IMG/VR virus record: IMGVR_UViG_3300025277_000021
Span: 1-60,155 of that record
DNA: 60,155 bases
Reading direction: 5' to 3' (one strand)
Source: a virus
Lineage: Duplodnaviria > Caudoviricetes
Below are positions 18,666 through 27,172 of the stretch, in pieces (the stretch's first letter is position 1; each line of letters opens with the position of its first letter). The notes under the pieces were generated by a model. That model was not told where the DNA came from. It was given only the letters and a program-made list of their open reading frames with translations, and did not search any database. The position numbers were made by a program, and so were the translations under genes.

Positions 18666-18931
18666 CCAAGCCTGAACTTTCAGAGCTACGGGATAAGGCC
18701 CACAAATCCTTTGATCGTCTGTGGAAAGAAGGGCATATGTCCAGAACTTTTGCCTACAAGTGGTTATGCCATAGACTTGGCTTAACGCGACGGCAAGGGC
18801 ATATGTCCAAAATGGACACCCGAGAACAACTGGAAGAGGTTGTAGCAATCTCGGATGCCCTTCTAGGCCGCACTGTGCTGGAAGACGACTTTACGTCGGC
18901 CCCACCCATACCACCAACCGGCCGGGATTAA
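18662..18931 (+). CDS. DUF3268-like helical domain; true start unclear (possible -1 frameshift extension of the 18102 gene)
   Basis: In-frame LSELRDKAHKSFDRLWKEGH precedes ATG 18737 and completes the LR..AH..FD.LW...MSR..AY.WL...LG motif. Confidence 0.55.
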   Translation, partial: LTKPELSELRDKAHKSFDRLWKEGHMSRTFAYKWLCHRLGLTRRQGHMSKMDTREQLEEVVAISDALLGRTVLEDDFTSAPPIPPTGRD

Positions 18932-18946
18932 CTTCCCGGCCTTTTT
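18920..18946 (+). terminator. Rho-independent terminator
   Basis: GGCCGGGA/TCCCGGCC stem plus TTTTT. Confidence 0.75.
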
Positions 18947-18960
18947 AACAGGAGAGCGCT

Positions 18961-19200
18961 ATGCCCCGATTTCAAGTTGATATTGCCCCCGCCGACCAAG
19001 AACAAGTGCCGTCGCTAGTCGTTCATCATTTGGCCCTAGCAATGGGGTACTTCCAGGCAATGCCTGAAGGCAATGAGCGCGAGGTTCTGCAAACGCATAT
19101 TGACCAGCAATTCCAAGGGTTTAACATTGAAGCAGAGACAGCCAGCCGGTTCGCCAACGACCTCTGTGCTCGCTATGACGCGCTCAAGGAGGACGACTAA
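18961..19200 (+). CDS. Hypothetical protein
   Basis: AGGAG RBS. Confidence 0.65.
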   Translation: MPRFQVDIAPADQEQVPSLVVHHLALAMGYFQAMPEGNEREVLQTHIDQQFQGFNIEAETASRFANDLCARYDALKEDD

Positions 19201-19463
19201 TGGCTGACAAAGAGCAAGCCTTCCCATACGACGTTGCCTATGGCTTGAGCCGTATGTTCCGCGTGCGTTGCTTGAATGTGGGAACGTACCACATTGAACA
19301 GAAGGTTGCGCGGGCCACCGAGACTGAACCGGCAAAGTGGCAATGCTTGGCCATCAGCAATCATTTCAGCGCTGACGAAGCTTTGGGGGTTATGCACGAA
19401 GCTCAAATGTCGTATGCTGTTGAGGTACAGTCCCGACGCAAAGCAATAGGAGCACAGGCGTGA
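19200..19463 (+). CDS. Hypothetical protein
   Basis: GGAGG RBS; TAATG overlap. Confidence 0.6.
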   Translation: MADKEQAFPYDVAYGLSRMFRVRCLNVGTYHIEQKVARATETEPAKWQCLAISNHFSADEALGVMHEAQMSYAVEVQSRRKAIGAQA

Positions 19464-19654
19464 CTTACCTTCTGATTATCATACTTTCCTCAAATGGGTT
19501 TGGCGGCAAAGAAGCCGTCCAAATTCCTATGGAAACTCGCCGGCTATGCGAGGAAGCCCGCAATGAGTATGCTGACAGCGGGGCGCATAGCTTTACCAGC
19601 CGTGAGCTAGCCCTTGAGAAAACGATGTGCTTGCAAGTACGTCTCCCATTCTGA
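19460..19654 (+). CDS. Small hypothetical protein
   Basis: AGGAG RBS; GTGA overlap. Confidence 0.55.
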   Translation: MTYLLIIILSSNGFGGKEAVQIPMETRRLCEEARNEYADSGAHSFTSRELALEKTMCLQVRLPF

Positions 19655-19668
19655 TAAAGGATAAACCA

Positions 19669-20571
19669 ATGGTACCCAAAATTGATTTAATGCTTGACCT
19701 GGAAACACTCGACACAAAACCGGGTGCAACCGTGCTGTCAATCGGCGCCGCATTCTTTAACCGGGCCACGGCGGTGATCGAAGGCCTGTTTTATGTGGAA
19801 GTGAACATCGAAAGCCAGCTTCCGCTTCACACCACTGTGTCGGCAGATACAATGGACTTCTGGCAGAGGACCAATCCCAAGTGGATTGAGAAAGTCATGT
19901 CCACGGAATATCAGAAAGAAAACACCATTCCAGTCAGCGAGGCCTTGATGGAGCTTGATGCTTGGGTGCAAGACTTTTACTTGAAGTTTGACCTAGGCAG
20001 CGTTTGGGCACAAGGCCAGGATTTCGACTTCCCCATCCTGGCTGAACTCTACAACCGGGTGCGGAATGGCGAAATGAACGCCGAGACTGGTAGCTTTTTG
20101 CCGTGGCCTTTCTGGCTGCACCGTGATACTCGCACCGCCTACGACATCAGCGGGTTTAACGCTCATGATGTGAAGCGCAATGGGACACACCATAACGCCC
20201 TGGACGATTGCTTGCATCAGATCAAGTGCTTGCACATGGCCTTGAACAACTTCCGCCCGTTCAGCAAAGTATCACCGGCGGAATTGGAACGTCTTGCCAT
20301 GCTTGCAGAAGAGGCCGGCGAAATTGTTCAGATGGTTGGTAAGACCCTCCGGCATGGCTACGAGAGCTTCCATCCGGATAACCCGGGTATCACCAACCGG
20401 GGCTTGCTAGAGAATGAAATTGCCGACCTGCACGCAGTGCAATTAATAATGGAGGAAAAAGGGGATATTGAAAACCTCAGTCCTCAAGCCTCGGATGCTG
20501 TCGGGCACGCAATGGAGAAGAAAGCCAAGTATACGCATCATCAACAGACCGTCCCTGATGCAAAGGCTTGA
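19669..20571 (+). CDS. DEDDh 3'-5' exonuclease fused to a C-terminal MazG-like NTP-pyrophosphatase domain
   Basis: LDLETL, FDFPIL and HHNALDDC exonuclease motifs; then LAEEAGEI...ENEIADL, a MazG EExxE..ExxD pattern. Confidence 0.75.
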   Translation: MVPKIDLMLDLETLDTKPGATVLSIGAAFFNRATAVIEGLFYVEVNIESQLPLHTTVSADTMDFWQRTNPKWIEKVMSTEYQKENTIPVSEALMELDAWVQDFYLKFDLGSVWAQGQDFDFPILAELYNRVRNGEMNAETGSFLPWPFWLHRDTRTAYDISGFNAHDVKRNGTHHNALDDCLHQIKCLHMALNNFRPFSKVSPAELERLAMLAEEAGEIVQMVGKTLRHGYESFHPDNPGITNRGLLENEIADLHAVQLIMEEKGDIENLSPQASDAVGHAMEKKAKYTHHQQTVPDAKA

Positions 20572-20722
20572 AGACCTATATGTTTGTGAGGCCTGCAGAG
20601 AACATGATAGCTCTGTAGGCCTTTTGTGTGAAGGGTGCAACTGCTGCCAAGAGTGCTGCAATTGCGAGGATACCGACTGCGATTGCCTAGCTTGCTTAGA
20701 ACGGAGAGAAGCACATGAGTAA
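20558..20722 (+). CDS. Cys-rich microprotein (12 Cys in 54 aa)
   Basis: MQRLEDLYVCEAC...CEGCNCCQECCNCEDTDCDCLAC; overlaps both neighbours. Confidence 0.55.
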   Translation: MQRLEDLYVCEACREHDSSVGLLCEGCNCCQECCNCEDTDCDCLACLERREAHE

Positions 20723-21602
20723 ACAATTCAAGCCGTTGCTGGCCTACACCGTTAAAGACGCTGAGGCCTTGCGCTATCCAGTTCTGGCGTCACCAAAGCT
20801 TGATGGCATTAGGTGCGTGATCCACGACGACCAGCCAGTCTCTCGCACACTCAAACCTATTCCCAACCGGTTCATCCAGAACGAGCTTGGGTTCTATCCA
20901 CCGTTCGATGGAGAACTGTTGGTCGGCGATCCCACTGATCCATCAGCTTTCAATAAGTCCACCAGAGGCATCATGTCTCATGGCGGGGACCCGGCCTTTA
21001 CTTTCTGGGTATTCGATTGGGTTCATGAGGCCGATGTGCATTTGCCCTTTGAGGATCGCCTGCAAATTGTCAAAGACCACCTTGCGATCACTGAGCGGTG
21101 GCCTTGGGCTAGAATTGTTCCGCACACTCGCGTGGACAATGCCAAAGAACTTATGGAGCTAGAGGCTCACTATGTTGCCCTTCAATACGAGGGCATCATG
21201 GTTCGTAGCTCCTCCGGGTCGTACAAATACGGGCGCTCCACGGCAAACCAGCAATTGCTCGGTAAGGTAAAGCGATTTGCCGACACCGAAGGAACTATCG
21301 TTGGCTTTGAGGAACTCATGCACAATGAGAATGAGGCCGAAATCAATGAGCTTGGCTATACTGAGCGGTCACACGCATTAGCGGGCCAGGTTCCGGGCAA
21401 TACCCTTGGGTCCCTCGAAGTCTCGCATCCTGACTGGGCTGAAACGTTTGGAATTGGAACCGGATTTTCGGCTGATGAAAGGCTTACGCTATGGCAAATG
21501 CGTGACATGCTCAAAGGACAAAGCGTGAAATTCAAACACCAACCAAGCGGCGCCAAAGACAAGCCTCGCTTCCCAGTTTACTTGGGATTAAGAAAGGATT
21601 AA
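20715..21602 (+). CDS. ATP-dependent DNA ligase
   Basis: Motif I SPKLDGIR, FDGEL, VFD, EGIMVR, GTGF and C-terminal PRFP. Confidence 0.92.
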   Translation: MSKQFKPLLAYTVKDAEALRYPVLASPKLDGIRCVIHDDQPVSRTLKPIPNRFIQNELGFYPPFDGELLVGDPTDPSAFNKSTRGIMSHGGDPAFTFWVFDWVHEADVHLPFEDRLQIVKDHLAITERWPWARIVPHTRVDNAKELMELEAHYVALQYEGIMVRSSSGSYKYGRSTANQQLLGKVKRFADTEGTIVGFEELMHNENEAEINELGYTERSHALAGQVPGNTLGSLEVSHPDWAETFGIGTGFSADERLTLWQMRDMLKGQSVKFKHQPSGAKDKPRFPVYLGLRKD

Positions 21603-21604
21603 GT

Positions 21605-21856
21605 ATGGACGGGCTGTTTAAGATCAAACCAGTTCCGCTGTCGGATACCGTTTACTCGGAGACCCTGAGCAATCTTGATGAGGCTGAGCGCTTGAAGGAC
21701 GGCAAGTGGATTTGCGAGCTTCATGTTGAGGCCTTTATTCTGTTGAAAGAACAGGGCCTTGTAGACGACAACAATTGCGTGAGCGTGGGGCGTTATAAGT
21801 CTCTGCTCTGGCATTGCCACCTGGACGCACAAATTCCCGAAGGAGACCCAAAGTAA
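21605..21856 (+). CDS. Hypothetical protein
   Basis: AAAGGA RBS. Confidence 0.6.
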   Translation: MDGLFKIKPVPLSDTVYSETLSNLDEAERLKDGKWICELHVEAFILLKEQGLVDDNNCVSVGRYKSLLWHCHLDAQIPEGDPK

Positions 21857-22239
21857 TGCAAATTCTTCCCAGCCACCCGATGTCGCAGTACATCCAAGCA
21901 GTAGAGCTAAATGGCGAGGCCATCAATGCCACGTTCGTTGACATGGAAACCGGACGCGTTCAATATTGGAACGCCGGCGAGCAAGTGGAAGGCGTTGGCC
22001 AGGTTCGTATCCTGCTTGAGTCCAAGTCTAAGGCTCTAACCCTGGACCCGGCTATGGCCGTGGAACTCGATGCTCTGCTCGAAAAGACCAAGCAGCAACT
22101 GGCGTGTATGTCCCCCGAGGATCGCGCCCGGGTGTACGAGGAGCAGAAGCAATCCCTTGCGCGTGCCCTGTCAACGCCGTGCAAGCACGGTGAGCTGGAC
22201 TTTGAGCAATGCGATCAGTGCCGCATGGGGGACGTCTAA
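21856..22239 (+). CDS. Hypothetical protein with C-terminal C-x-H...C-x2-C Zn site
   Basis: AAGGAG RBS; TAATG overlap. Confidence 0.6.
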   Translation: MQILPSHPMSQYIQAVELNGEAINATFVDMETGRVQYWNAGEQVEGVGQVRILLESKSKALTLDPAMAVELDALLEKTKQQLACMSPEDRARVYEEQKQSLARALSTPCKHGELDFEQCDQCRMGDV

Positions 22240-23619
22240 ATGGCTTTCCACGCTAAGCTATCAGCCTCAGGGTCAAAGCAATGGATGAACTGCCCTGGTT
22301 CCGTTGCTGCTGAAGCTATGAACCCAAACCCCCGGGGCTCATCTATTTTTGCTCAGGAAGGCACCGCGGCGCACCTCCTGTGTGAGCTTTATGCCAATGA
22401 TGGTATCCACCCGGAAGACTTTCTGGGGGATACCATTCTCATTTGGAATGACGACGCGGTGCTTGAGAAAGACCTTAACAGGCTTCGCGAGGACGTACGC
22501 AGTGGCAAGGTCACTTCAAGACGTCCAATGGACCCGGACGCTGAAGTAGAGGCAGAGTTCCTTGTCGACCAGGACATGGTTGATGCCGTCGAGTACTTTG
22601 TGGCGGCAGTGGAGGCTTCGCGCGCACGCCTGGACCCGCGAGGCCGTGAAGAGCGGTCTGAGCAGTGGCTAGGCAAGCTCGAGGAGCTTCATCCCCTGCT
22701 TGGCGGCACGGCTGACTATATCGGGATTGAAGCCTTTGGCTGGGCTGAATTGATTGACTATAAGCATGGGCGGGGCGTTCTCGTTGAAGTGCGTGACAAC
22801 TCCCAGCTTAAGACATACGGGCTAGGCACTTTACTGGAGTTTCCAGATTGTGAGGGCGTTCGCATGACAATCGTCCAGCCTCGCAAGGAGCATGAAGACG
22901 GGCCCATTCGTTCTATCGAGTATACCCGGCAAGAGCTTTTGGACTTTGGCGAAGAACTGAAGGCCGCAGCCGAGGCCACTCAGCACGTCAATGCTGAACG
23001 GGCTGCAGGCGACTGGTGTACCTTCTGTGACGCAAAGGCATTCACTGATGAGAACGGGGTATTCCAAGAGTGTCCCGCACTTGTCACTGCCATGCAGGAA
23101 AGTGCCCAGTTTGACTTTGCTGACGAGCCACCTGAGGTGGGATTAGGCATTCCGACCAAGATGAACGAGCTTGCTGAGCGGGCTAAGTGGCTTGGTACTT
23201 TCGACAAGTATGTGAAAGCCATTGAGGGAGCTATTCAGCGCGAACTTCTTGCTGGTCGTCCTGTCGAGGGTAAGAAGCTCGTGCGGAAGAAGGCCAACCG
23301 GACATTTGGCGTTTACGTCGAAGAGCTGGACGAGCTAACTGAGACCGAGGACAACTACTGGGAGAGCCTGTCTGCCGGTGACGTCGAGGCAATCATGGAA
23401 AGTGAGCTTGGGCTTACCCGCGATCAGTGCTATCAGCCTGGAAAACTGAAGTCCCCGGCGCAGTTTGAAAAGATGGGCAAAGACGTAAAAAGGCTTATTG
23501 GTGAGATGGCCTACAAGCCGGAGGGAGGTCTGACAGTCGCTGACGAAGATGACCCGAGACCGGCCGTCGAAGTGGCTGTAGGTGGCTCTGCGGACTTCCC
23601 TGACGACTTGGAGGACTAA
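22240..23619 (+). CDS. Cas4-like PD-(D/E)xK exonuclease (DUF2800 family)
   Basis: HAKLSAS...W..CPGS, EGTAAH, GTAD, IDYKHG, QLKTY and C-terminal WCTFC..C cluster. Confidence 0.85.
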   Translation: MAFHAKLSASGSKQWMNCPGSVAAEAMNPNPRGSSIFAQEGTAAHLLCELYANDGIHPEDFLGDTILIWNDDAVLEKDLNRLREDVRSGKVTSRRPMDPDAEVEAEFLVDQDMVDAVEYFVAAVEASRARLDPRGREERSEQWLGKLEELHPLLGGTADYIGIEAFGWAELIDYKHGRGVLVEVRDNSQLKTYGLGTLLEFPDCEGVRMTIVQPRKEHEDGPIRSIEYTRQELLDFGEELKAAAEATQHVNAERAAGDWCTFCDAKAFTDENGVFQECPALVTAMQESAQFDFADEPPEVGLGIPTKMNELAERAKWLGTFDKYVKAIEGAIQRELLAGRPVEGKKLVRKKANRTFGVYVEELDELTETEDNYWESLSAGDVEAIMESELGLTRDQCYQPGKLKSPAQFEKMGKDVKRLIGEMAYKPEGGLTVADEDDPRPAVEVAVGGSADFPDDLED

Positions 23620-23621
23620 CA

Positions 23622-23933
23622 GTGACAAGCAAGCGCACCGTGCTGTTTGATGGCGACAGTGCCTATCTACTGGAAGGCTTTCGTGACACCCGCAACCACA
23701 TTCGTGGGCGCGTTGTCAACGGGGGCTGGACTATGTACATCGTCAAGGACAATGAGTTTAGCTGGCAGGTCTATACTGCTTGCAATCGGGAGCAATGCGT
23801 AGCGGGCAACCATATACGCAATATTGACCCGTCCGACGTTTCACTTGTTGAAGTCCCCGAGACAGTGTTTGGGGACTACAATGTGGTAATCAATTGGGCA
23901 AGAACCAGAAAGGAGGACCCATGCGAAAGCTGA
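23622..23933 (+). CDS. Hypothetical protein
   Basis: GGAGG RBS; GTG start. Confidence 0.6.
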   Translation: MTSKRTVLFDGDSAYLLEGFRDTRNHIRGRVVNGGWTMYIVKDNEFSWQVYTACNREQCVAGNHIRNIDPSDVSLVEVPETVFGDYNVVINWARTRKEDPCES

Positions 23934-24304
23934 TTAAATGGTTTTCAGACCTTCAGCGCTTGACAGAAGAGAACGAGCACCTAAAGGCTGAAATTGCAAC
24001 ACTTGAGTCCAGGCTACGTCAGGAGCTTGGCAAACCGGCATTTGAGCAAGTCTCTAAAAACTTCACCCTGGACGGGCTTCATAAGCGGGTATACGACCGG
24101 GTCATTGAAGATTTTGCAGGCTTTGTCTCTCGGGACGCCCTGGAGTTGCTAAAGGCGGCATTTCACCCTAATGCCTATAGGTCTGCGTCTGGCTCAGCTG
24201 ACGTGGCCTATAACCGGGACAGCCAGGTGTTCCAAATGCGATTTACCCTGCCTTCAGTGCATACTGAGGTAGTGGTGCACCAGGATATGGTTTATGGGCG
24301 TTGA
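23921..24304 (+). CDS. Hypothetical coiled-coil protein
   Basis: AGGAGG RBS before ATG 23921. Confidence 0.6.
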   Translation: MRKLIKWFSDLQRLTEENEHLKAEIATLESRLRQELGKPAFEQVSKNFTLDGLHKRVYDRVIEDFAGFVSRDALELLKAAFHPNAYRSASGSADVAYNRDSQVFQMRFTLPSVHTEVVVHQDMVYGR

Positions 24305-24482
24305 TCCTGCAGAGTTGCTTACGCTGGCAAAGCGAGTTCATGCTGAAGTGGACAAAGTGTGTCCAGACCAGGACCCGCTAAAGATGAGAGCAGTCGCTCT
24401 GCTGGTCGGCGAGGCCTATCTTCAAGTTGCGGCGTTAGACAAAACCATAGCTGACCATTACCGGCGCCCTCCATCTAAATAA
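24294..24482 (+). CDS. Small hypothetical protein
   Basis: AGGA RBS; overlap with the previous gene. Confidence 0.5.
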   Translation: MGVDPAELLTLAKRVHAEVDKVCPDQDPLKMRAVALLVGEAYLQVAALDKTIADHYRRPPSK

Positions 24483-24493
24483 ACGTTTCCCCG

Positions 24494-24521
24494 TTGACAA
24501 ACTTCGGGGTAATGTTATTAA
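24494..24521 (+). promoter_or_regulatory. Sigma70-like promoter upstream of ssb
   Basis: TTGACA-N16-TATTAA with extended -10 TG. Confidence 0.6.
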
Positions 24522-24670
24522 ATCTCATGGCACTCGCCAGACACATGGTCCGAAGGTAATCTTCAGCGCAGGATCGTTTGGCGTAGGACGGGATAAAAAC
24601 GACTGGGCCCCCAGGCCACAAGGGTCCAGTCTCCAAGTGTAAAGTATCTAGGTAGTCAAGGAGACACCAA

Positions 24671-25252
24671 ATGGCCGAACGTTTGAAAGCGGTTACCCCG
24701 CCTTTCCGAGTGAGTTTCCCTTCGATTTTCGAAGCATCGTCCTATCAAGGCGGTGACCCGAAGTATTCGGTGGCAATGCTCTTCTATCCCGACAAATTCA
24801 GCGAAGCCGACAAGCGTGCTTGGCAGGCCATGCAAGCGATTGCAGACGCCGCGTCCAAGGACAAGTTCAAAAAGCTGATTAAGGACTTGCCGGGCAACTT
24901 CAAGCGGCCACTCCGCGATGGTGCTGAAAAAGCTCATCTCGACGGCTATGGCGAAGGGATGATGTTCGGCACTGCCTCGTCCAAGCAGCGCCCTGGCCTT
25001 GTTGACCGGAACAAGCAACCGATCCTCACTGAGGAAGAGTTCTATCCCGGCTGCTGGGCTCGTGCAACTGTCACGGCGTATCCCTACGACAACGTGGGCA
25101 AAGGTGTGGCCTTCGGCTTGCACAACCTGCAGAAGCTCGGCGACGATGAGAACTTCACTGGCCGCATGGCTGCTGAGGACGACTTCGACGATGATGCTGA
25201 CACAGTTTGGCAGGGCGCGGACATCGCCCCTGAGGATGATCCTACGGCGTAA
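24671..25252 (+). CDS. Single-stranded DNA-binding protein (DUF2815 / T7 gp2.5-like)
   Basis: RVSFP..F, PLRDG, FYPGCWAR, GVAFGLHNLQKL; acidic tail. Confidence 0.88.
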   Translation: MAERLKAVTPPFRVSFPSIFEASSYQGGDPKYSVAMLFYPDKFSEADKRAWQAMQAIADAASKDKFKKLIKDLPGNFKRPLRDGAEKAHLDGYGEGMMFGTASSKQRPGLVDRNKQPILTEEEFYPGCWARATVTAYPYDNVGKGVAFGLHNLQKLGDDENFTGRMAAEDDFDDDADTVWQGADIAPEDDPTA

Positions 25253-25286
25253 CCCGTAGGATTTAGCGCGGACTGTCCCCCGCGTG

Positions 25287-25326
25287 AGGCCAGCAGAATA
25301 ATCTGCTGGCCTTTTCTTTTTGTTTT
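25287..25326 (+). terminator. Rho-independent terminator
   Basis: AGGCCAGCAG/CTGCTGGCCT stem plus long T tract. Confidence 0.85.
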
Positions 25327-25360
25327 ACAGGTTTCTTCTCTATGAAACTCAGTGCATTCT
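25327..25360 (+). promoter_or_regulatory. Putative middle promoter
   Basis: ACAGG-TTTCTT-N17-CATTCT; close match to 31904-31940. Confidence 0.55.
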
Positions 25361-25398
25361 AATCATATCAACAACATGTTCACTGAAAGGAACACACG

Positions 25399-26037
25399 AT
25401 GAAACTGCAAGGAACTATGAGCAAGCTGCTTGGCCAGGTATTCGCACAGGTTGACGGCGTTGTCTGGGACTTGATGTCCAATACGACAGGTGTGAAACGT
25501 GACGACGGCATCTATACCCTGGCCGAAGACGGCACTGTCGAACTCAACCCTTTCGATGCAATGTCCATGGCGATCCCGGCCTTCAGCCAGTTGACGCCCG
25601 TCGACCAAGTTAAACGTGGCGACGTCCTGATGAACAACGGCAAGCCGTCTGGCTGGATCGTCGACGTTAAGGCTACCAAAGCCAAGGCCGAGAAACCTGA
25701 AAGTGTATCCCTGCGGGCCTTGTCCTTCAATGGCCACGAAACGCAGTTCCGTCCCAAGGCTGTCAAGATGCTTGGCATGAGCGGTGTGACCGTTGTGCGG
25801 TCTCCCTTGAACTTCGGCAACACCTCGGGCGAGCAGAAGCAGGCCGGTGGCTTCGGGGACATGGCGTCGATGCTTCCGCTGATGATGCTTGCTGACGGCA
25901 AGAAAGGCTCCGGCATCGATACCAAGACCATGATGCTGATGTCCATGATGGGCGGCGGCGGCAATGCCGGTGGCCTGAACCCGATGATGCTCGCGCTCAT
26001 GCTGGGTGACGACGACGAGGGTTTTCCGAAGCGGTAA
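25399..26037 (+). CDS. Hypothetical protein with Met/Gly-rich C-terminus
   Basis: AAAGGA RBS; MLPLMML...MMLMSMMGGGG...NPMMLALM. Confidence 0.75.
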   Translation: MKLQGTMSKLLGQVFAQVDGVVWDLMSNTTGVKRDDGIYTLAEDGTVELNPFDAMSMAIPAFSQLTPVDQVKRGDVLMNNGKPSGWIVDVKATKAKAEKPESVSLRALSFNGHETQFRPKAVKMLGMSGVTVVRSPLNFGNTSGEQKQAGGFGDMASMLPLMMLADGKKGSGIDTKTMMLMSMMGGGGNAGGLNPMMLALMLGDDDEGFPKR

Positions 26038-26086
26038 CACCAGCGGGTCGGTCTGCTCACACTAGCCTGAGTAGACCGGGTGTTAC
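26019..26086 (+). other. Programmed -1 ribosomal frameshift signal
   Basis: In-frame G GGT TTT heptamer (26019-26025), 8-nt spacer, stem GTAACACC/GGTGTTAC enclosing CGGTCTGCTCA/TGAGTAGACCG. Confidence 0.7.
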
Positions 26087-26828
26087 TTGCAAAGACTGTG
26101 GGGGTACTGGCGAAGTCGTAACGGCTAAGCTGTACCCCTCCGGGCACACCGAAGTTCATGAAGAATGCGACACTTGCAACGGCGCTGGAGAGGTCTATCA
26201 AGAACCTCAAATGGGCTGCAACGTTGGTGGTCAAATTCCATGTCCTGACTGTGTAGAACCCTTCAAGCCAGGTAAGGCGTCAGGCGCACAAAACTTGGCG
26301 TATATCCTGGATGGTGAAGACGTCTTTGGGGCCAAAACGTGGGACTACCTCAAAGACCTGTCAAGCAAAACGGCGCCAGGCTTCGATGTTCATGACCTCA
26401 ACTTCCCCAACTATAGTGAGGTTGGCTTGGCTTTGAACAAGACCGACAATTCCGTCCCAACGGTATCGACAATGCTTCCATTGACTTCGTCAGTTGTGGG
26501 CAACTCCTACCGGGACGGGAACCAGCAGTCGGCTTTGCGGAATAAGAACCCGGGGAACCGAGTTCTGATTGTTCCAGAGCCTGCTAACCCGCATGATCCC
26601 TGTGCCCTGGCAGTTGTCGTGGCACGTGGATTTGGTGGAAAGTCGGGCTTTGTCTGGGTTCACGTCGGTTACGTACCGCGGGATCAAGCAAAGAAACTTG
26701 CGGCTGTCTGGCCCAAGTATCGTGGACGTCCTCTGGTCGGCGAAGGTCGATTGACTGGACATCCAGGCCGTGACAAAAACCCTGCGATTGTTGTCGAAGG
26801 GTCATTCAGGAATTATTTCCCTGATTAA
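26025..26828 (+). CDS. DnaJ-type Zn finger plus HIRAN domain (probable -1 frameshift extension of the 25399 gene)
   Basis: Frame open from 26010; CKDCGGTG and CDTCNGAG lie upstream of ATG 26211; HIRAN motif VVGNSYR...EPANPHDPCALAV...VGYVPR. Confidence 0.7.
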   Translation, partial: SEAVTPAGRSAHTSLSRPGVTCKDCGGTGEVVTAKLYPSGHTEVHEECDTCNGAGEVYQEPQMGCNVGGQIPCPDCVEPFKPGKASGAQNLAYILDGEDVFGAKTWDYLKDLSSKTAPGFDVHDLNFPNYSEVGLALNKTDNSVPTVSTMLPLTSSVVGNSYRDGNQQSALRNKNPGNRVLIVPEPANPHDPCALAVVVARGFGGKSGFVWVHVGYVPRDQAKKLAAVWPKYRGRPLVGEGRLTGHPGRDKNPAIVVEGSFRNYFPD

Positions 26829-26838
26829 ACAAGATTGG

Positions 26839-26867
26839 TGTACGCGGCACTTCCTGTCGCGTATACT
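26839..26867 (+). promoter_or_regulatory. Promoter for the structured RNA / polA
   Basis: GG-TGTACG-N17-TATACT. Confidence 0.55.
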
Positions 26868-26873
26868 GAACAA

Positions 26874-27172
26874 GCTGCCTCTCATATGGCAACTGCTACC
26901 TGGCCAGGTAGTCATGACCAGCACAAGCCTTAGGGTTCTATGTTAGACTGGTTGAGTTTCTTGAGAGGCAGCGCTTTTAGATTACCCGCCGGGCTCAGCC
27001 TCCATGCGCGCCCGGGTCAAGTAAGCAGGCTGAAAGAAGTCTGTGGGAAGGGCCGTCATAAGGTTTATGACGTCTGGCTCCGCCGGCGGGTATTCTAAGA
27101 GCGCAACCGGGTTTTCTCCCCATTTATGGCCGCGCTCTCGGGGCTAAGTGTTTGGACATGGCACTTAGCCCC
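26874..27172 (+). ncRNA. Putative structured non-coding RNA(s) or polA leader
   Basis: Three consecutive closed domains with 11-bp, 22-bp and 11-bp stems and internal hairpins; no ORF in the track. Confidence 0.5.

Noticed and set aside
22240-23619. Cas4-like nuclease as evidence of a CRISPR system
   Set aside because: No repeat-spacer array or other cas genes; the DUF2800-SSB-PolA neighbourhood is a standard phage replication module.
26874-27172. tRNA or hammerhead ribozyme
   Set aside because: No TTCGA T-loop, no CCA end and no CUGAUGA core found by eye.
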